From Squalus acanthias (lineage: Eukaryota), in contig JASTWF010000323.1 in NCBI GenBank assembly GCA_030390025.1, forward strand, positions 496,001 through 547,757: a DNA stretch of 51,757 nucleotides. Reading direction: 5' to 3'. The notes under the pieces were generated by a model. That model did no database searches. It was not told the origin of the DNA and saw only the letters and a list, made by a program, of their open reading frames with translations. Of the stretch, positions 45,456-51,757 are shown piece after piece; within the stretch, counting starts at the first letter, position 1, and every line of letters starts with the position of its first letter. A program made the position numbers and the translations under genes.

Positions 45456-45722
45456 TGCAGTGTCTGTAAGTCTAATGTAGATCATGTCTCATTCCAGTCT
45501 GCCTCAAGAAACCCATGAAATTGGGGATACAGTGCAGAATTTAGAAATGTACAGATGACACGTAACTTGGAAGTGTAGTAACGAGTGAGGAAGATAGTAA
45601 ACTTCAAGATGATATAGACAGGCTGGAATGGCGGACGAAGTTCAACGCAGAAAGAATGAGGAGAGACAATACAAGCTAAATGTTCCAATTTTACAGGGGA
45701 TGCGAGAACAAAGAGACTTGGG

Positions 45723-45824
45723 AAATAACAACAGAAAACGCTGGAAAAACTGAGCAGGCCAGGCAGCATCCGTGGAGAGAGAAAGAGAGTTAACGTTTCA
45801 GGTCGATGACCTTTCGTCAGAACT
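45723..45824 (-). mobile_element. 102-bp Penelope-derived insertion with 10-bp target-site duplication
   Basis: Flanked by GAGACTTGGG at 45713-45722 and 45825-45834. Confidence 0.85.
45788..45824 (-). ncRNA. Minimal type I hammerhead ribozyme motif
   Basis: Reverse complement AGTT-CTGACGA-A-AGGTC(ATC)GACCT-GAAA-CG-TT-AACT: perfect stems I and II, palindromic ACGT helix III. Confidence 0.75.
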
Positions 45825-46908
45825 GAGACTTGGGGTTGCTTGTGCACAAATCTTTGGGGGCAGGACAGGTTAACAACAGTCAGAACGTTATGTTTAACCT
45901 ATATAAAACACGAGTGCGGTCCCAGCTGGAGTATTGTGTCCAATTCTGGGCACCACACTTTAGGATGTTTTGGAGAGGGTACAAAGGAGATTTACTAGAA
46001 TGGTTTCAGTGATGAGGGATTACTGTTACATGGATAGACGAGAGATGATGGGATTTTCTCCTTGGAGCAGGAAAGGCCAAGAGGAGATTTGATAGGTGTT
46101 TAAAATCATGAAGGGTTCAGATAGAGTCAATAATGAGAATCTGTTTCTAATGGCTGAAGCGTCGATAACCAGAGGGCACAGGTGATTGGCAAAAGAACCA
46201 GAGGAGACATGAGGAAAAACGTGTTTATGCAACGAGTGGTTAGGATTTAGAATGACTGACTGAGGGTGCTGGATACAGATTCAATAATAGCCTTCAAAAG
46301 GGAATTGACTAAATACGTGAAGGAGAAATAATTGCCGTGATAGGGGGAAAGAGCGGGGGAGGGGGACTAACTGGATTGCTCTTCGAAAGAGCAGGTGCAG
46401 AGTCAATCGGCCGAAGGGCTTCCGTCTGTGCTGTATTATCACAGAATATATCACAGAATATCACAGAATCTATGATTATTATTATCATTCTATGATTCTG
46501 TAAGTGAGATATCTTGAACCCCGAACGGTCAAAGTGCTGCCACTCTGGGACACCTGTCTTATCTCAATACTTGTCTGAATGTGTTATTAGGCACTCACCG
46601 AGATTACCTGTAGCAGTCTCCTCTTCCCATTTCCTACGATTCCCAAATCTTCTCCCAGCCTCATTCCACCCCAAAACACCTTGTCCTCGGACACAGTGAT
46701 CCTAAAGAGAAACAAGACACGGATGTGAAGCTGTGATCAATGCAGTAAGTTTTATTTCTGAGTACAGCCCATTATTCTGACAGCAGTAATACAGGGTCAG
46801 AGGTTACGGGACCTAAACAATCAAACAGAGGCTGCTTCCCGTGAAGGAAGGTTTCATTCAGTGAGAACGTGGAGAGCTCGGGCTGGTGGCAATCCATCAC
46901 TGGATCTT

Positions 46909-47012
46909 TCACTTTCAGTCTGCAACATCCGAACCCACCGGGGAAGGATAGTGGGACAAATTTCAGGTTCGTGTTACAGGGGCCCTCACGATACAGTGTA
47001 CAAAGCCCTCTT
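46909..47012 (-). pseudogene. Degenerate beta-defensin exon 2 paralogue
   Basis: CTLYREGPCNTNLKFVPLSFPGGFGCCRLK; REG.CNT and CC retained, Cys2 and Cys4 lost, stop out of frame; 46503-46930 duplicates 38482-38905. Confidence 0.8.
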
Positions 47013-47089
47013 CTGCAAGAATATCAATCTAATTTTAATTCGCTTCTAGTTCAGACAAATAAGGGATTGTTGGGACAGAGAAATCCTAC

Positions 47090-47460
47090 CCGCGCCAAGG
47101 ACAACACCCCCTCCCCGTTCACACTGCCCGAGACCCCCGCACCCTCCCCGGTGCCCCTCCCCTCACCACGCCCGGGCAGCCCTCAGTCCCAGGACACTAA
47201 CCCTCAAAACCCAAGGCCGCGGTACGCGCTCTGCCCCGACTTCCGGCTCACTCAGTTTCGGTCATTTTTTCCTTTAACCAACTGCCTCCATCCAAGGACT
47301 TTCAATGGACATTTCTGTCCGCCCATTCTATTGGCTGAAAACAGGTGATTAACATCCCGCCCAGCAATCGATGCCCGGCGCGCTCGATCCAACCCCTCCG
47401 GCCGCCCGCTTTATAAATCGGAGATCAGGCAGCTGACCTTAGCACGAGCCTGGCAGAGCG
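47090..47460 (+). promoter_or_regulatory. CpG-rich promoter-like segment
   Basis: ACTTCCGG (ETS-like), several CCGCCC, ATTGG at 47330, TATAAA at 47412. Confidence 0.5.
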
Positions 47461-47461
47461 A

Positions 47462-48389
47462 GTGTGACCTCAGCAACCCGGCCACACGGGCCGTGTGACC
47501 TCAGCAACCCGGCCACACGGGCCGTGTGACCTCAGCAACCCGGCCACACGGGCCGTGTGACCTCAGCAACCCGGCCACACGGGCCGTGTGACCTCAGCAA
47601 CCCGGCCACACGGGCCGTGTGACCTCAGCAACCCGGCCACACGGGCCGTGTGACCTCAGCAACCCGGCCACACGGGCCGTGTGACCTCAGCAACCCGGCC
47701 ACACGGGCCGTGTGACCTCAGCAACCCGGCCACACGGGCCGTGTGACCTCAGCAACCCGGCCACACGGGCCGTGTGACCTCAGCAACCCGGCCACACGGG
47801 CCGTGTGACCTCAGCAACCCGGCCACACGGGCCGTGTGACCTCAGCAACCCGGCCACACGGGCCGTGTGACCTCAGCAACCCGGCCACACGGGCCGTGTG
47901 ACCTCAGCAACCCGGCCACACGGGCCGTGTGACCTCAGCAACCCGGCCACACGGGCCGTGTGACCTCAGCAACCCGGCCACACGGGCCGTGTGACCTCAG
48001 CAACCCGGCCACACGGGCTGTGTGACCACATTAACCCGGCCACACGGGCTGTGTGATGTCAGCAACCCGGCCACACGGTATGTGTGACGTCAGCAACCCG
48101 GCCACACGGGCTGTGTGACCTCAGTAACCCGGCCACACGGGCTGTGTGACCTCAGCAACCCGGCCACACGGCCCCACGGTCTGTGTGACCTCAGCGATCC
48201 GGCCACACGGGCTTTGTGACCTCATTAACCCGGCCACACGGGCTGTGTGACCTCAGCAACCCGGCCACACGGGCTGTGTGACCTCAGCAACCTGGCCACA
48301 TGGGCTGTGTGACCTCAGCAAACTGGCCACACGGGCTGTGTGACCTCAGCAACCTGGTCACACGGGCTGTGTGACCTCAGTAACCCGGC
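47462..48389. repeat. 31-bp GC-rich tandem array, about 30 copies
   Basis: Unit GTGTGACCTCAGCAACCCGGCCACACGGGCC; the first ~17 copies are identical. Confidence 0.97.
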
Positions 48390-48456
48390 AATTGGTTCTG
48401 GACGAGTGCACGAGCTGACTGATAGAATGGGCGGGACTAGCTCAGTGATGGACATG

Positions 48457-51066
48457 GCACCAACCTCACAGGATGGCCGTGTACCGAGCCCGGCCCCAGG
48501 GGCAGGGAGGGCACCAACCTCAAGGATGGCCGTGTACCGAGCCCGGCCCCAGGGGCAGGGAGGGCACCGACCCCACAGGATGGCCGTGTACCGAGCCCGG
48601 CCCCAGGGGAGGGGACCGACTCCACAGGATGGCCGTGTACCGAGCCCGGCCCCAGGGGCGGGGAGGGTACCGACCCCACAGGATGGCCGTGTACCGAGTC
48701 CGGCCCCAGGGGCAGGGAGGGCACCGACCCCACAGGATGGCCGTGTACCGAGCCCGGCCCCAGGGGCGGGCACCGACCCCACAGGATGGCCATGTACCGA
48801 GCCCGGCCCCAGGGGAGGGGACCGACCCCACATGATGGCCGTTTACCGAGCCCGGCCCCAGGGGAGGGCACCGACCCCACAGGATGGCCGTGTACCGAGC
48901 CCGGCCCCAGGGGAGGGCACCGAACCCACAGGATGGCCGTGTACCGATCCCGGCCCCAGGGGCGGGGAGGGCACCGACCCCACAGGATGGCCATGTACCG
49001 AGCCCGGCCCCAGGGGCGGGGAGGGCACCGCTCCCACAGGATGGCCGTGTACCGAGCCCGGCCCCAGGGGAGGGCACCGACCCCACAGGATGGCCGTGTA
49101 CCGAGCCCGGCCGCAATGGCGGGGGAAGGGGAGGGCACCGACCCCACAGGATGGCCGTGTACCGATCCCGGCCCCAGGGGCGGGGAGGGCACCGACCCCA
49201 CAGGATGGCCATGTACCGAGCCCAACCCCAGGGGCGGGCACTGACCCCACAGGATGGCCGTGTACCGAGCCCGGCCCCAGGGGCGGGGAGGGCACCGACC
49301 CCACAGGATGGCCGTGTACTGAGCCCGGCCCCAGGGGAGGGCACCGACCCCACAGGATGGCCGTGTACCGAGCCCGGCCCCAGGGGCGGGGAGGGCACCG
49401 ACCGCACAGGATGGCCGTGTACCGAGCCCGGCCCCAGGGGCGGGCACCGACCCCACAGCAAGGCCGTGTACCGAGCCCGGCCCCAGGGGAGGGCACCGAC
49501 CTCACAGGATGGCCGTGTACCGAGCCCGGCCCCAGGGGCAGGGAGGGCACCGACCCCACAGCAAGGCCGTGTACCGAGCCCGGCCCCAGGGGAGGGCACC
49601 GACCCCACAGGATGGCCGTGTACCGAGCCGGCCCCAGGGGAGGGCACCGACCTCACAGGATGGCCGTGTACCGAGCCTGGCCCCAGGGGAGGGCACCGAC
49701 CCCACAGGATGGCCGTGAACCGAGCCCGGCCCCAGGGGAGGGGACCGACCCCACAGGATGGCCGTGTACCGAGCCCGGCCATAGGGGCGGGGAGGGCACC
49801 GACCCCACAGGATGGCCGTGTACCGAGCCCGGCCCCAGGGGAGGGCACCGACCCCACAGGATGGCCGTGTACCGAGCCCGGCCCCAGGGGCGGGGAGGTC
49901 ACCGACCTCACAGGATGGCCGTGTACCGAGCCCGGCCGCAGGGGCGGGGGGAGGGGAGGGCACCGACCCCACAGGATGGCCGTGTACCGAGCCCGGCCCC
50001 AGGGGAGGGCACCGACCTCACAGGATGGCCGTGTACCGAGCCCGGCCCCAGGGGAGGGCACCGACCCCACAGGATGGCCGTGTATCGAGCCCGGCCCCAG
50101 GGGCGGGCACCGACCCCACAGGATGGCCGTGTATCGAGCCCGGCCCCAGGGGCAGGGAGGGCACCGACCCCACAGGATGGCCGTGTACCGAGCCAGGCCC
50201 CAGGGGCGGGGAGGGCACCGACCGCACAGGATGGCCGTGGACCGAGCCCGGCCCCAGGGGCAGGGAGGGCACCGACCCCACAGGATGGCCGTGTACCGAG
50301 CCCGGCCCCAGGGGCGGGCACCGACCCCACAGGATGGCCGTGAACCCAGCCCGGCCCCAGGGGAGGGCACCGACCCCACAGGATGGCCGTGTACCGAGCC
50401 CGGCCCCAGGGGAGGGCACCGACCCCACAGGATGGCCGTGTACCGAGCCCGGCCCCAGGGGAGGGCACCGAACCCACAGGATGGCCGTGTACCGAGCCCG
50501 GCCCCAGGGGCGGGGGAAGGGGAGGGCACCGACCCCACAGGATGGCCGTGTACCGAGCCCGGCCCCAGGGGCGGGGAGGGCACCGACCGCACAGGATGGC
50601 CGTGTACCGAGCCCGGCCCCAGGGGCGGGGAGGGCACCGGTCCCACAGGATGGCCGTGTACCGAGCCTGGCCCCAGGGGAGGGCACCGACCTCACAGGAT
50701 GGCCGTGTACCGAGCCCGGCCCCAGGGGCAGGGAGGGCACCGACCTCACAGGATGGCCGTGTACCGAGCCCGGCCCCAGGGGCAGGGAGGGCACTGACCT
50801 CACAGGATGGCCGTGTACCGAGCCCGGCCCCAGGGGCAGGGAGGGCACTGACCTCACAGGATGGCCGTGTACTGAGCCCGGCCCCAGGGGCGGGGAGGGC
50901 ACCGACCCCACAGGATGGCCGTGTACTGAGCTCGGCCCCAGGGGCGGGGAGGGCACCGACCCCACTGGATGGCCGTGTACTGAGCCCGGCCGCAATGGCG
51001 GGGAGGGCACCGACCCCACAGGATGGCCCTGTACCGAGCCCGGCCCCAGGGTCAGGGTGGGCACCG
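48457..51066. repeat. 49/54-bp GC-rich VNTR, about 50 copies
   Basis: Unit GCACCGACCCCACAGGATGGCCGTGTACCGAGCCCGGCCCCAGGGG(CGGGG)AGG. Confidence 0.97.
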
Positions 51067-51319
51067 GGTTCAGTTGAAATCACCCAGGATTATGTTGTTA
51101 TGTAATTTACTCATTTAATAGATTTGCTCCAATTTTCATTCCAGTGTTAGGTGGTCTGTATGATAACCTTTTTAGCATTATTTTAACGTGACTGGGAACC
51201 CTGCTCTCCCGAGGCATGTTTTTCCTAAATGGAAACACGCTCAGATCAGCAGGAATCGCTTGCCAATTATTCAAAACTTTCAGATACATTTACAAAACGA
51301 CAAAACAGATTCAATTACA

Positions 51320-51700
51320 GAGACAGGCTGTCAAATATAATGAAAAACAAGGCCCAGTAGATTTACAGCGGAGCGCATCGGAGGCAATGTATACGTAAGC
51401 GGGTGGATGCGTCACTGGACGATGAAATGTAATAAAAAGTGTTCAGGAATGGGGCTGGATGAGATGTGGAGGCAGAGGTTAGAACCCAAAGCCAGCTTCC
51501 CTCTAGATTAACAGCGAAATCGTGCAGGACTCCAAGCCACTGGTGGGTTCCAACACATCCTGGGCAGCTCATTTTAAAACTGGGTGTGCAGAAGCTGTGA
51601 TCAGCTCATGCAATGTGTTCAGAGCACGGGCTGGGCTCAGTGTTAAAGTGTTTGTGTTCAGACAGTCCTGTTAGATCAGGAATCTTGAGAGAGGGGGAGA
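51320..51700 (+). repeat. Segmental duplicate of 44465-44840, running into a G/A-rich tract
   Basis: Colinear with 44465-44840. Confidence 0.9.
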
Positions 51701-51757
51701 GGCGGAGGGAGGGAGGGGGGAGAGGGAGGGAGGGGAGGAGGGAGGGGGGGAGGGAGG

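Larger units (their letters stand above)
45500..46500 (+). mobile_element. CR1 LINE 3' portion, interrupted by a Penelope fragment
   Basis: LYKTRVRSQLEYCVQFWAPHFR; 3' UTR and TCTATGATTC tail. Confidence 0.88.

Noticed and set aside
47462..48389. CRISPR-like appearance (31-bp palindromic repeats)
   Set aside because: No unique spacers, no cas genes, vertebrate context.
48315..51105. Long ORFs up to 708 aa on both strands
   Set aside because: They arise from a stop-poor GC-rich VNTR; all frames give the same repeated peptides and unit lengths are mostly not multiples of 3.

Overview
Eukaryotic, repeat-rich vertebrate DNA, most likely from a shark or ray (inferred from Deu-domain SINEs, CR1/L2/RTE LINE relics, Penelope termini and a 65-bp CTGTCCCATCAAAC satellite). 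Bases 1-18.3 kb hold a decaying tRNA gene cluster of about 18 relics, built from a segmentally duplicated and inverted Ser-Thr-Leu-His unit; it includes anticodon-shifted copies and Pro/Arg(TCG) copies with intron-like inserts. Bases 19.3-30.7 kb hold a two-LTR provirus with a tRNA-Leu PBS, abutting a second, related retroviral fragment whose env has paramyxovirus/pneumovirus-F-like topology (lokiretrovirus-like by inference). A CpG island with helically phased CCAAT boxes lies at 31.1-31.7 kb and an orphan copy of the TPP2 N-terminal exon at 36.6 kb. At 38.9-40.5 kb on the minus strand is an apparently intact two-exon beta-defensin gene missed by the ORF track, with a degenerate tandem paralogue at 46.9-47.0 kb. 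Also present are two Penelope-type minimal hammerhead ribozyme motifs, Harbinger-like and hAT-like MITEs, and large GC-rich tandem arrays at 47.5-51.1 kb. All family assignments come from reading by eye and recalled consensus sequences; no searches were run, and repeat boundaries are approximate.
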